Assembly: GCA_030141605.1 (NCBI GenBank)
Contig: JAQGDQ010000019.1
Span: forward strand, 1,178,001 to 1,242,000
Length of the DNA stretch: 64,000 bases
Direction: 5' to 3'
Origin: Tubiluchus corallicola
Taxonomy: Eukaryota; Animalia; Priapulida
Shown: positions 33,101 to 47,300 of the stretch, one piece after another
Layout of the letters: each line of letters begins with the position of its first letter
Numbering within the stretch: the stretch's first letter is position 1
Made by a program: the position numbers and the translations under genes
The notes under the pieces: generated by a model
The model's database searches: none
Seen by the model: the letters and a program-made list of their open reading frames with translations, nothing else
Told to the model about the DNA's origin: nothing

Positions 33101-36100
33101 TTTTGCCAGAATTCCGAGGTCTAAATCACATAGTTCCACTACAATAAATTATAATAAACGAAAGCGCAGAATGAATTTCAATTTAAAGTGATTTATTATA
33201 AGAATTAATCACTATCAGCACTAACATCACTTTTCAGAATGAAACCTAACGTTTCTTGATTCACCTTTGTTTCCCAGCAGAGAAACTGTTTTTTATACAT
33301 GCCTTGGCAATGCCATGTTTCACAAGTTCTTTATGGAAAATACGAAAAAATTTTACTGATAACTTGACAAACAAGCCGTTTCCAAACTCTGTCGCTTCCA
33401 AATACCCAATACCCTCTGCCTCGAGTATGCTTTCCTGTTGGCTTAGCAACTAGCATAGAACCCTATAATTTTTACGCGCAACTCTGAATGAAAAGTGCAG
33501 AGTGCCAAAGGCACTTGGGAGGTAATTAAGTAAGCTCACAAGTGCAACATGGCAGTGCACAAGCTAGTGTAAGGCAAAGAGTGAAAAAGTCAGATTAGTG
33601 CCAGTATTTCTTTTTTCAATTCAGGTAAAACCTGCACGAAACTAGATTCGCGGTATCGCAGTAATAGGCATTGATGCCAGGGATGGCCGATCACAGAAAA
33701 TTCCGATCCGATGCCGATTATTGCTGTCTACCCGATCTCAATGTCCAATCATACCAGATTGCCGTTTATTCCAGATCCCAATCCTTTTCTAAGTTATTAT
33801 AACATAATGTAGGGTAAGCTAGACAGTTTTTTATAAAAAGAAAAAACGTTAGAGCAAGAATTTGTAATATGAATTCAGTGATGTTATCGAAACTGAAACT
33901 GAAATTTATGTGTTACAATGTTTTTGGACTTACGTATTCTTAATGATTAATGAATGAATAAAGATCGTAATGCTTTATTAAAAACACATAATTTTTTAGT
34001 TTAGAGATATTTTGTTGCCTATATTTCATAAATTAAAAAATAAATGCAATTTTGCTAAAATAAATTCAAAAGTGGTTTGATATTTCGATTGATTGGACCC
34101 AGAGACCATAAAATGAAAGTTTCGCTTTATTTGAACTATTTTAACCAAGTTTTTCAGTGGTTTTTGAAATCTAGGAGGAAAAAAGGTAAATTGGATAACT
34201 ACCAGTAAAACCTCGGAAAATGCTAGCAAAAATTATCCAAAATTTCAGCTGCGAAACTTAATAAATTTTGTTGAAACTGAAACTTAACCGAAAGTGCAAT
34301 TATAAAAAAACCGAACTGAAAATTTCGTTTCCGTAACATCCTTGTGTAAATTATAAACTAAACTGTGCTATGCGCAGACAAGCAACTATGTGATAACTAC
34401 TAATTACAAAAAGCTGCTTTACTGTGTCCAAAGCAAAACAAACTGCAGGAAAAAGCAGAAATTACTAGCTTTCTTCAGATTTCCATTTAACGAATTCACA
34501 AAAAGATCAGTTATCGTTATTCATTTGTAAATGATTCGTTGAAAGTCTTTTATGTGGTTTAAGTAAATATGGTCTGTTAACGTTATTATAGGCATGGTTA
34601 TGATGGTCAAAATGTACTCCGTAGTAAATTTTTATGACAACCAATCGCTGTGGCCTGTGGGATTGCTCTGATGTAAACATTAAACACGGCGTCTTAGGTG
34701 TTTTACAAATAAGTTTGTTTTGCCATTGCAATAGAAAAGAGAGAATTAAATGTACAGGACAAGTATGAAGTTTATCACGTGCCAAGAACCTTGCCACGTG
34801 ACAAAAAACAATAAGCTGCAAAGTAACTCACTTTTGATAATACAGGATTATAAAGTTGACGTCGAAGAGGTACATCGGTTTTTGGTTGCCCTAAGAGAAG
34901 TGGAGAAGTCGTGGCTGTAAATGGGTTTTCCCTGTAAAGATCAGCCGCCAGTGTGTTCCAGTATTCTAAGCAGATTTTAAAAATCTCTGTTTCTTCAACT
35001 TGTGAGATCATAACCAGATAATGTAAAGCCTGAAACAGATATGTGCACTGACTTTAGATACATTGTTTACAAATCAGCCAAAAATGGATAAAAAAATGAA
35101 CTGTCAAAGAGTAATGAATAAGTTTAACGTAAGCTCAATCTATTTGGGTCAGGAAGCCACAATAAATGCAAAGAATATACTGAAAATTTCCAATCTCAAG
35201 TTTTTACAACTGTTAGCCTTGATAAAAATGAAATACTTAACAATCAATGGGTTTTATTAGTGGTTTTAAGCGATTCACTTAGAATGGGTCACAAACCTCG
35301 TGTAAGCCGTCATGAAGATCTTGTCGTTTCTCAATGAGAATCCCATGTTCCTTGAGAAAGGTGCATAGAAACAAGCTGAGGTTTTGTATGAAATTCTGTT
35401 CGTCATCTCGACCATTTGCATACGCTTCCTTCACATTGGTCTGTACTGGTAACATCTAGAAAGGAAATGAGCATTAAAAAATAGTTTTATTTTTTGAAAA
35501 AGCGCCCACGTAAAACAAGAAAAAGTGAACTACTGGTTCTTGGGAAGGTGCTGTGGGAAGATATTTGAATCGAAAACAAAAAGTGCTATAGCATAATACG
35601 CCACTTCATTTACTATGCTACAAAGAAACAGGGATACAACTGGAATACAACAATTACCATCATAAGGCATTAGATATCAATAGTTATTTCTTAGTTACCT
35701 CTTTCAGCTTGCTTAACGTCAACGTGAACAAAAGTACAAACTGTTCATCATACTGAGACACACTAACTGAAGCTAAAAAAAAAACAAATGCAAGTAAGTC
35801 AATAGACAACAGCAAAAAACTTCATTAACAATAATTTGCTAATATTTGAAATTTAAATGAAAACTACGAGTACCTTTCCCCTTATCACTATTTTAAACAT
35901 CATTAATCAGCTATGTGTAAGGTGACAGATATAACAGGTTACACGAATCTGAGGAGCCAACAAAAGCAGGACTTAGTCTTATTAGTCCAAGTAATGTTAT
36001 GCAAAAATAATGAGAATATAATTTTTGCTGAATGAGTAAATCTGCAAATACTGCAATTTTAAGTAGAAACCAACAAAAAAATTGAAAATTAATAGCACTT

Positions 36101-39100
36101 GGTAACTAGTCCTATAGGAGAAAACAACAATGTTTCGGCTTTTGTCTAGGTCCTGTATGAATTCATGCTAAAAAAGCCCATAAAATTTTAAAAAGTAAAA
36201 TTATGTTCGGACAGCAGCTAAATAACATATATACATGCATTTTCATACAAGTTATAACCTGCAGCCGTGTAATTAAGAAAGTGTTACCTGTCTGTACTAA
36301 CAAATGTAAATGATACAAAACTAATAAATGTAAATATGTAGTTACAATATTTCTACAAACGAAAAGGAAATAAAAAAAACTGATGTTGTAAAAAAACAAA
36401 GCATAAAAATATTTAAATAAGATGAAAATTATGTCGCAAAACTTTTTTCAAATAGGAACTCACCAACTTCTGTGAGACATTTCAGCGTAACATTACGAAA
36501 CAATGGCACATCAAGGAATTTATAAATTAGAGTAGTAATCAGTTTCGTCTCAAATATGTAACCCAGAGGAATCCAGTTAAGAAACCGCAATAAAGTCTCA
36601 AGTGTGGCAGCTACCAGTGGAGCATTTTGTGAGTTTTCCTGAAAAATGCAAAATTAGAATTAAAAAGCACACTGAATCTATGTTTGTTTATTAAGAATTA
36701 GTGAGCACAATGGAACAAGATTCAAGCAGTCATTGCAATGCAAATACAAAGTTCACCTAAAACAGAAAATACAAGCACAGACATATAAAGGAAACAAAAA
36801 ATGGAACTTAGCTTACCATAACAAACTGGCAGAGTTGAAATATCTGTGCAAACTCCGAGCACATAGTGTCCTTTAAATGCTTCGCCTTAGCTTGAGTCAT
36901 CTGTCCACTTGAGAAATCAAATACCTCCTCGCTAAAAAGGACAATAAAAACATCATAAGTTCATTTCACATAATAGCCAAAAAAAATCGAAAATAAACTA
37001 AACACAAGTATGCATAAATGACCTTAATATTTTTTCAACTGCCCATGTTTTCAATAGTATCATATAGCAACTACTACACATAATAATAGCCAAATTAAAA
37101 TCAGACTAGCTGACTAAGAAATGCTTATAACATGGTAGTACAGTTTCTAACATTTCTATTCATAGACAGTACCTAGCCTACCACGTTCTACATGCAGTAT
37201 GGCACGCCAAAGAAGAACTGCCAAAGTTGCAGTTAAAAGTGGCTTATCAAAAACTATAAATACTAAAACTGGCAAACTAAAGTACCTTGTTCTGAACAAA
37301 CTTTATCTTTGAAAACTCACCCTTATGAAATTTTTCGCAGAAAACCATAAAAAAATCTGTAATGATTTCATTGCCAAGACGATCAACAAAGCTAACCAAG
37401 GTTATGTCAAATAAATGCTTTTTACCTGAGTAACTTGAGTATGACCATGTTATTCTGACAAAGGGACTCATTAGTACGACTAGCTCCAACAATATCGCTA
37501 ATAAATGACGGCCAATTTCGTGGCCATTCGTGTTTCAATATCTGTAAAGAAATCAAATAATGACCACATATACTAAATAAATACACTGACAACACACACC
37601 AATAAAAACCAAAACATAATACAGCTCAGCTTGACACTGTCCTACCTAAATTAAAACTCAAGTTAATTAATTCTGCTTTATACATATTTCAAGGGATCAG
37701 AAGAACCGACGCAATTTAAACAAAAACGAGCTCATTAATAATGATGCATACAATCTATCTTGATCTTAACACCTGATATGCGACACGAGAAAATTCAAAT
37801 AAACCACACTCAGTGAAATTGGCTGTAGTTAGTACAACAGGTAACAAAAATTATTAGAAAATCAAGTACCTGTATTAAAATCATATTGAGTTTGTTCAGG
37901 TAAGTTTTTTCCCGCTCAAGCAGAACAGCGTCTGAAGATGTTTTTATGATGAGCCCAACTGTGTACTTTTTAATTCCTGAAAAAAGTAACAAATGTTCTA
38001 TAATAATGTCTAATGTTCATTAAGCCAATCAGTACCAATTTTAATTAGCCAGATTTTGCACAACTGTATTTATGTTTTAAAAGCTTTTTAAAATAAGAAA
38101 TGACACAAGCTACAGATAACTGGCAGTATGAGAACAAGCTCTCAAGTCATGAACTTCTAATCTCTAATGACCAAACTCACTATTATAGCATATTATCACC
38201 TCCAGTATTTTTATAAAACACGCAAGTTTATGTAATGAAAAATGGTAGGTTAAGTAATCAATATAGTGATAATCACTATACTATCATTATATCGTAGTAA
38301 TATCACTGACTTCTTTCAGAAATACTAAAAAAAATTTACTATGTCAGTGATGTCCGATGATGAAAGCCTGTTTACAAGGGAAATAACTTGCATAACATTT
38401 AGGTCAAGTGATAATGTAATCGCCAGTTGGGTCTTGTGGCTAGGGGTGTTCGACATCTGGGTCATCAATTGTCATGGTCCCACCCCCAGCCTCCAATGCA
38501 AACTTTTCTCAAATCTCGATTCCCGAACCCCGTTCCCAAATGTTCCATAATGTGCCATCTCGAATTCCCAGCTTTTAAAAGTTTGAAATATTAATTTTGA
38601 AAAACAATATTTACTTTAGGTTTTTGAGGCATACTGAGAAAAATGAGCCATTTACCAAGTTATTACTCACTTAAAATATATTTTTATTGTCAATATATTG
38701 TAAAATATTTGATTGTCAACAGGTATTTTTTAAAAATTTTAAGCTAGTCTAAAATAAATGCATGACTTTCTTTTTACAGAGATAGTACATTCACACTTTC
38801 GTGAGTGTGACAAAAATATTCAGAGGATTCACGAAAGACATAAGAACGAGACAATCTTGCGAAAAAATATATTTTCATCAAATTATTTTTATACGAATCT
38901 TGCTTTACTGCTGCTAGTATCTTTCCTATATAAAATCCACCCAAACAACAACAATGGCGCCTGGTCTCAGTCTAAACTATATTTTTTCCACCGGTACCTA
39001 CAATTAATAGATTGGAACTAAAATAGTAAAATCTTGCTGTTATTTTCCATCTCCATTTACTGATAACGTGTGCAGCTCCAGGTCGGGAACACTAATCCCA

Positions 39101-41279
39101 AACGTTTCATCCCAACCCGAATCTCGTCCTGAACCCCAAAAACCCCTAATGTTATAGCATTTGGATAATATTTTCAAATAATCAAAAATATCAAAACTTT
39201 GGCATCGAATAATTGCCTAAGGAAATTTTTACAGTTTCTAATTTTTATAGCTACTGCACAGTGCACAAATCCATACTAATCTGTTACATAAGTCCTAATG
39301 AATTTGATAAATAATGACAAGTTGATGGAAAATTGTTAACTGAAAGATTTAAAAAGCCGGTGCGCTACAAAAATACAGTAGGCGCCGCTTAATAGGCTCA
39401 ATCGCCTACAAAAACGCCTGGAACGGGCCACTTCTATTCAAATAACAACTATCGGTAATTGACTCAAATAACTTTGCTTAATTGACTCAATATTTTTCCT
39501 TGCCTACTTAAAATAAGATATTTGTATGTGACCAAAGAACCTTTCATACTTTTATGTCATCTTTTTTCCCTTTTGTGCACTATGTATGTAGAAACAATCA
39601 TGTTAAGTACCATTTTGTTTGTAAGCAGGTACGTTTATCATGCTCTAATATGCTAACGTAGCGGTTTTGCTTTGAATCTGTTACCCGCTCGCCCACTGTT
39701 ACCCAAAGAATTTCTGGAAGCTAAACATTTAATCACTTGCCAAGCAGTTTCCTTTTAACGCTCTCGTTGCAAATCATGCTTTCAGGCTTAATCAGTTAAG
39801 AATCAAAAGATGCAGGTACAGCCTGTATTCTTTGTGGCTTACAAGATTAAACATCGTTCAGCGAATAAGAGCAATGCAAGTGAGCAGACAATTCAGAACT
39901 GTTTTAGTCACGCACAACAACAGATTTTCAACATTTTTATAATTATAAGAATTTTGTGGGCCAACTTCTTCACAAGACAATGAAGCAGCCGACCTTGAAG
40001 GAATTTTTGTAATTTTTGCAAATAAACAGACTTAAAAAAGTCTGTGATTTTGAAAAGAATACTTTCTAACTTACTACTAATTCACTTATATAAATTAATA
40101 TTCTAAATTACTTTTTCTAATTCTTAACTGCACAAAAGAATTTATGGATTAGTTCATTTCTAAAGTTGCAGTGCATAGAAAGCTGATGCTCGTACTTCTA
40201 TACCTGTAATACTACACCCATCGGTTAATAGGTTCAGTCAGTTAATTGGGTCAAAACACGTCGGTCCCAAAGTGAGTCTATTAAGCGCGCCTACTGTATA
40301 TTTTTACAAATAATTATACAACTGTTTAAATCTTGCTAAATGAAAGTATTTACCTTCACATTGATTTCTAGGTAAAACTTTCCACCGGGTTTTAATGACA
40401 TTTTCTAGTATCTGAAGAGCGTAGTATTTTGTCTGTTGGCTTGCAGAGTACTCAAGGATTGTATCAACTCTTGTCCATGCATCTGGATGTTCTTTCAGGT
40501 GAGTGAGAACTTCTTGTGCCATTTTTTGCTGAAATTTTGAATAATTTGCAAGGCAATTAATATTTATATTTGATATTAAATATAAACTAAATTTTATTAA
40601 CAACACATTTTCCATCAAGCACCATGCTTTCTAAATAAAATGTAAAATTTAAAATCTATTATTTATTTTAATATGCCAATTTATATATGGAAGTTTCAGC
40701 CAATCTAGAGATCTTCTGTTCTGTTAATCCACTTTAAGCAACTAAAGATTATATATACATATATAGATTAAATAATCTCTGAAGAACTTTATCAAATGCT
40801 TCAGAAAATGGCTCTAGTCCCAAAATGTAAACTTAGAGATCATTCTGTTGTAAAAAGAATTGTTACTATCTTTCATCTTTGCCCGAAGATTCTAAAGCAT
40901 GGGGCAAATAAATAATAATAATTCAAATAATCAAAATTCAAGATACCACAGAGAAAGCTGATGTAAAAACTTGCAGAAATTTTCGTGTTTTGTATTTTTG
41001 TGCATAATTTTGACTATGATCTACAGACATATAAGATCCGTATTAACAATTTTTAATTGCGTAGGCTACATTTTTGAGAAATTAGTCAATGCAGAAAAGC
41101 TCAAAAAATAAATTTAGACAGATCAAAGAATTAAAAAAATGGACAAAGGTAAATAAAAATTTATATACCATTCCTCCTTCGCCATTGTACATAAAGCCAA
41201 CAACATTGTCCAATAGGTTGATGTCAAGCTTCTTTGTAAAATCCAAAAGAGTTGATGCCTGCTCTAATGTTAGCGTCAT
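21183..41279 (-). CDS. XPO1: Exportin-1 / CRM1, complete, 22 coding exons, about 1067 aa
   Basis: All GT-AG, phase-consistent exons: 41169-41279, 40354-40528, 37870-37976, 37426-37541, 36817-36931, 36464-36638, 35699-35772, 35297-35455, 34832-35029, 32669-32807, 32089-32192, 31660-31894, 29437-29625, 28521-28735, 26729-26914, 26482-26604, 24908-25055, 24628-24749, 23420-23525, 23070-23232, 22605-22701, 21183-21329 (sum 3204 nt). Hallmarks: [62 protein letters not shown]-terminal [15 protein letters not shown]. Confidence 0.98.
21957..22594. mobile_element. Degenerate hAT-like MITE in last XPO1 intron
   Basis: Ends resemble (t/c)aggtgcacc ... gtgcattccta, with subterminal aatcggc/ccgatt repeats. 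Confidence 0.35.
25176..26290. mobile_element. hAT-like non-autonomous element, copy 1 (XPO1 intron)
   Basis: Starts cagggatggccgatca, with ccgat subterminal repeats at both ends; long internal similarity to 33678-34760. Confidence 0.7.
30352..30861. mobile_element. pogo/Tigger (Tc1-mariner) type MITE
   Basis: Imperfect TIRs cagtagtacctc / gaggtatgactg, each flanked by TA. Confidence 0.75.
33678..34760. mobile_element. hAT-like non-autonomous element, copy 2, with a nested TIR element at 33876-34344
   Basis: Starts cagggatggccgatca. Nested element cagtgatgttatcgaaac ... gtttccgtaacatccttg has a degenerate 8-bp TSD (tatgaatt/tgtaaatt). Shares gcaactatgtgataactact..agctgctttactgtgtccaaagcaaaac with copy 1. 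Confidence 0.72.
38441..39148. mobile_element. hAT-like MITE
   Basis: Ends taggggtgtt ... aaccccta, with subterminal tcccga/atctcg repeats. Confidence 0.5.
39376..40296. mobile_element. pogo/Tigger-type MITE
   Basis: About 24-bp TIRs cagtaggcgccgcttaataggctca / tgagtctattaagcgcgcctactg, with TA duplication on both sides. Confidence 0.85.
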
Positions 41280-42083
41280 TTTAACTTTCTGAAGAAACTG
41301 TGAATACAATGTGCAATGGTTAAAGCACATTGTGTCACATCAACATCAACCACTAAGGCTTCATTTCATCACCAACTTTAATAAGCCTGCTTTTCAAAAT
41401 TAAACTTTGATTTCTGTATAAGAATAACAACATTACAAAAAATAACATCTACAGTTAATAAGTGCCAGAAATTACTTGCTTGTCTTTAACTGCAATGACA
41501 CATTCAATAAATGATTGCACATAACAGCAAATTACATATTTTTCTTTGTTGCCAGAAAACACTGCACAGACATATTTTCATGAAGCATATTAAAAATAAA
41601 AATGTGCTTTTTTTACCTTAAAACCGACAGTAATTTAGCATTTTGGATGATTGCCCTAACACTTAAAATTTCATAGTGGCTCAATTATTTAGAAAATAGG
41701 TACAAATGTGACTGTCAATAAATAGGCCTGGAGCTTCATTACGCTATAACAACAGTATCAATGATTGAGAGAACCTTGATTTACATGTTTAAGATAAAAA
41801 AAAGAAAATTGATGGCAATTTTGATGTCTTGCAAATTCATTAAAAAGCAATTAGATGCTTCAAAAGATGCTGCAAACAAATCTCCCAACAATAACAACGT
41901 TACTCCAGGTTCCACGTGATGGAAAAATACCAAGCGCGCGCCCACAAACCAGCGAATCATGAATGAACGTAAACGATGAACGCTACTATCGGAGCAACGG
42001 CAAAACAAACCGATCGCACACTTTTTTCTTATTTTTCTCATTTAATCAATTGTTAATTAACAATAAAACAAAACTTGAAATAC

Positions 42084-42400
42084 CTTTAGACAGCTTGGGA
42101 AGTCTTCGACCGAGCAGTGATGAAAATGACATCAGCACACGGAAATTTTCCACTCTGCCTCTGAAAATAAACCTACATTAACCGGTTGAAACTGGTAACT
42201 CCCGCCATACTCGGCTATTTTCCGTAAAAGGCCGGAAATTTATTATTTATTAATTTAATCAATTAATAAAAACTCCTAATAAAAAAGTTTTTTGGCGATT
42301 ACAGAAGACAAAGATTCGCAACAAAGAATAAAGCAGATGCACAACTATTATTTTGCATTAAATTTCGGCGATTACCGGAACCACGCCCACTTTAAGTTAA
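42084..42400 (-). promoter_or_regulatory. Probable XPO1 non-coding first exon and promoter
   Basis: Donor aag|GTATTT at 42082-42083. CpG-richer segment with a YY1-like ATGGCGG near 42202-42208 and a KLF/Sp-like CCACGCCCAC at 42381-42390. The acceptor at 41289-41290 lies 9 nt before the ATG, which implies an upstream exon. Confidence 0.55.
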
Positions 42401-43582
42401 TCACGCCTACTGTCCATGCATTCACGCATTATTTTGTTTGTTAGTTTGGATTTAGATTTGATCATTGAATTTTTGAGATTGTATTGGTTGACCATAATAC
42501 ACTGTAAGAGCACACATGCAGCAATAAATGAATACACGATCAGTAAAGTGAAAAAGAGATTAAGTACGCGTGAAGCTAATTAACACCGGTAAAAGTTTTG
42601 TCCCAAAGACGCTGCCCAAATGGCATGAAATAAATCTCCCTCTTTCATAATAAGTGTAAATTAAATAATTTGGTATGCCCCCCGTAAATTTCGTTTTATA
42701 ATTAAAAGAAATTCACATTAAGTAAATTTTCTCTAAACTTAGTTTATTTAACCTTGTACCTTCAACAGTTTAGATTTATTATGCTTGCGTGGCAAAATCT
42801 GTGCGAGCTTGTTCTATATTAACGATCCCTTTAACAGGGCAGTCGCACATACTGGACCTACTTAATTGGTCATAAATTCTTTATTATCTTGCTTGCTAAC
42901 ATAAACGATAGTGTAACATAAACTATAGTGAAAATAATTTCTGAACTTAATAACTATAGGTCATGCTGAAATTTGTAAGGTGCAATTGAGTTTGTAATTA
43001 TATAAGATTTTATTCTGGCACTAGGAGCAGACCCATATACTCATATAGCATGATGTTTAGTCACTTTAACATCTGACTTTTTAACTGAAAAAGCTATCCG
43101 AGTTTCCAGGTCTTGCCCAAAGCCTACATGCCCTTGTCCCAAGTATGGTGATCATAACTTCACCCGTTTTAATTTTATAGACCTTTTGATCTTCTGACAT
43201 TGACTTTGATCTTTTGGACTTGAGTTTGCTATTCTTACTCAGTTTTATCTCTATACCAAGTTTGTGAACATACAGCTTCATTCTTTTTTATTTTGTAATG
43301 TGGACACACACACATGCATACACACCTGGGCATTAAGACACAGACAGATGCGATTAGTGACTATCATTTATAAGTTTCTTTGATAGTGAGCAGGAGCACC
43401 ACAGTTGCCTTGCAGTTGACTCAAAAGATTTGTTTCCCCTTTGATTTCGTTATAATAATTATAATGCAATAGCATTAGAAAACTCTTTGTTTCAAATTTT
43501 TATGGTTCATAACTAATGGTGAAATCAGTTATCTTTTGTGTGTGTAATATAGCATCAATACGTTTGCAAAAACTTTTATTGT

Positions 43583-44153
43583 TAGGGTTTTCATTGGAGT
43601 ATTGTAAAGTTCCCCCAGTTTTAGGAACTGTTTCCAGACTTTTTGGAAAGAAAGGAACTATAATTCCTTTTCCAAGTCCCTCTGTGACAAAAGGTAATAA
43701 TCCAAATTCCTAATTCCTCTAACTCTTTAGAAAAGAAGGTGTAGTTGCAATTCCAAGTTCCTTTACACCAAATGGAATTTAATTCGTTTCCCATGCAGTC
43801 ACTGCATCACTGCATTATTTTCTGTTTACTATGCACAGAATAATGCATGGTAAACAACATAAAATAGCTGGCACCCTTTAAATATTTCTGAAAACAACTA
43901 ATTTCGCTTTTCTGTGAGGAGCCAAGAAAGCAAGCGCAAACATGTCAGAAATGTAAAAATGGGCAAAAGTCATGTGGAACTTAGACAGGAACTTATTTTA
44001 GTTCCACATTTCATTGTAACAAAAGGAATTAGTTCCAGTTACATGCTATACTTTGTTACAATGAACTAGTTTCAGTTCCAAGTTCATGAAGAGGAAGTAG
44101 AATTACTAGATCAAGGAACTTTCTTTCATGAACTAAGTTCCTTTACAACCCTA
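43583..44153. mobile_element. Degenerate MITE-like repeat between XPO1 and the hydrolase gene
   Basis: tagggtt ... ttacaacccta ends, with many internal gttcc/ggaac subrepeats. Confidence 0.4.
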
Positions 44154-44363
44154 TTTCGTTGTAGGGGTTATCTTGAATTTATATTTCCCTAAATATTATC
44201 TTTCCCTAATATTGGTAATAGTTAATAAAATAGCGTCAATAAATAATATTTTTTTTAATTTTTTTATATTTTTTATTTAGAAAAGTAAACTTAGTAGTTA
44301 ATTAACATAATAACATACCCTATCTAAAATTAACAACAGCTATTAGTACTGCGACATCGATGT

Positions 44364-47300
44364 CTAGCATACACAAGAAGAACTGTCAGTTCTATATTCC
44401 CAATAATTTCCCCAAAATCCACTGCAAATAAAACCACCAGCACCCTTCAGTCTTGCATCTGGTCCGGTTATAACAAAATCTGGAATCATGTTACTAAATG
44501 GTGACCTGGCCATAGGAGGAATAGTTGGCAAAGATAATTTTATAACATCTTCCAGACCATACAGAGAGCTGCCAAAAATCAATAAAGCCAAGTGTTTTTT
44601 CCCATTAGGTGCCAGAGACAAAACACCAGTTTTTATATTAGTGTAACTGCAGTGATTTAAAGCCATACCACTATTAGTTACTTTTAATGGAAGTAAACGT
44701 AGAAACTTTTCTACAAAAATGTTCTGACTAATATTGCCTATTAAAATTGCATTAGTATTATCCAATTCAGATTCAGTCATGTCTACATCTCTAACTATTG
44801 GCACAGAAGTGTCAGAAGTCAGAAAAAATAAGTTAGCTAAAAACACGGCATATTGCAGTAATGGCACGTAATTACTTTTTGACCCTACAATGATGACAAA
44901 TGGTAACTCAGCTATTCTCCTTGCTGGTCCGTATTGATTTGATGCCCGTTCTTGCTGAAGACATTCATCACTTGATAACTTCCAGTTATTGTCTTTCTTA
45001 CAGAATATAAGAGAAGATGGTAATGTGTCAAATTGGAATTCTACATTATTAACAATTACTGCATTTACACCTCTCCAAACATTTCTACCTGCTGGTTTTA
45101 CATGAAATGCCTTCACATTTTCTGTCATAATGTAAGCCGACCTTCCCCACACAGAAACACAAATTCTGCTCTTTCTCAATAAAATTTCTTGTTGGTCAAC
45201 AACAGTACCCTCCATGCTTCCAAATGAAGCTGGGTTCATCAATGTTAATGTAAAATTACTGACAAAGTTGCCATTAGCTGATGATGAATACTTATTTGCA
45301 AAATTTTCTTGACAACCATCTACACCATTAACGTCACAGCTGTCAAGGCTGTTGGTAGTCAGCTGATCAGCAAAGAACTGCCGCAGCTTCGGATCATTCA
45401 CAACTCCTCCATCATTGGTTTCCCTGTAAAAGTAAGAATAAATTTTGTTAAAAACTTCATCAAAATTACAAGTAAAGAAGAAATGGTATCTGATAAAACA
45501 GCAAACAGACTTACAAACAGAAAAGCACCAAGTATAGCCAAGATAGAACAGAAAGATACAGGCTACAGTTAACAATTTTCACATCATTTTTAAGAAACAT
45601 TCTTATGAGTATTTTTGTGCTCCTGTTTTTTTTTTATTATTTGCAACTCTAATGTTTTCTACTCTACTGCAATAGTTCTCTTCCCTCACAAATACTCATT
45701 TTAAAGTGTACCTAAGTTGATGAATAGAACCTGAAATCATGACGCATCAACTTTAAACAGAAATTTATCATACAAGTACCAGGCTTCTAAAGGAATACAA
45801 ACAGCAACAAAGGCGACAAAACCTGGTCATGGCGTGAATTTGCTAAGAAGCTAAGGAACCTGGAGCCTGCTTAGGAAATTGATGGGCGGTCATCAAAAAT
45901 TGCTTCTGGGCTACAACTTTCTGCTTTATAGCCCTAGATATATTCTGTTTTTGAAAGTATTCATAAGTATGTCAATTAAAATAGGAATTAAGAATAACCT
46001 ACCATGTATCCCACCACCAATGCTCCTTTTCTGGGAGTTCCACAAATTTAACCGCTGTACCCTGCTCTTTTAGCAGTCTGTACATTCTACGACTATAATA
46101 AGGATGAACAGTACGATCATTGCTTCCAGTTCTTATTACAACAGGCTTGCTCTGAATGTTAGTGATGAGTTTATCAACATCATTATCTGAAATGCAAGCT
46201 TCTAGTATTGCCTTTGTGGTAGCATCAACATGGCTACCAGCAATATCATGTCGAAAAAACAAATTACTATCACCATATGATTCTTTTGTAATCCAACCAG
46301 CTAAGGACATCACTGCAATAGCTTCATCAGGAAAATGTGTTGATAAAACCCATGCACCATGACCACCCATTGAGTGACCAGAAATAACTGCATTCAAAGA
46401 ACTTAACACACATTTAAATGTAGAAGATTTATTCTGAGTAACATCAGCAAGAGCTCGTAAAGCCATACGTGCTGTCAGCATGCCAGGGCCTTCCCAGTTA
46501 TGAGCTCCTTGACGAGTCGGAGCAACAACCCAATAACTTTGCACTCCAAATACATATTTGCCATCGATCATATGTTTGTAGGCATCTGCTTGATTTTGGG
46601 CTGGTATAGAAGTCCCATGTAAAGTCAGTACCGCATTGGCTCTACCGTCTTTGCACTTGTTTAATGGAGCAATTGCTGCTGCATGCTGTACTGACCCATC
46701 ATGATCTAAAAAAGTTAGAACAAATGACTGGCCATTGCTTCTACATCTTAATGAAATGCCACTAACACTACTTTCTCCCAATGATGATGAAACCGTTATT
46801 TTCAATGGAATGTCTTTACACTTTTTCTTTGACTTTTTTGATTCTTCGATAATTTTTAGATTGAGAAAGTCTGTTTGCCCTGGAGCCAAAGATCTTCTTC
46901 CAACAATATCAGTAGCAAGCTTTCTGTCTGACTGTATTACAGTTTTAACTTTGATATCACTAGCCCACTTCGATGGGTGAAGATTTGATAAAGGTAAAGC
47001 TATATAGCTTCCTGCTAACTCACCCTCATAGAAATCTGGTGAGAAATTTGGTAAATGTGCCACGAAATAGTCACTGTCTTTCAGTTTTAATGCAAATTTA
47101 AACTGTACTGATGGATTTGCTCGAATTTTCACATAAACAATGTGCAAGCCAGGTGAAAGTTGCACTGGTGACCATATGTGGTCTCGACGATAAAAGTCAC
47201 CAGGAAATAGCAAGTCGTCTATGTAGAAATGAGAAACACCCAAACACTGAACAACAAAGTTATGTTGCTTACTGACAACAAAAGTACCAACTGCCCATCC

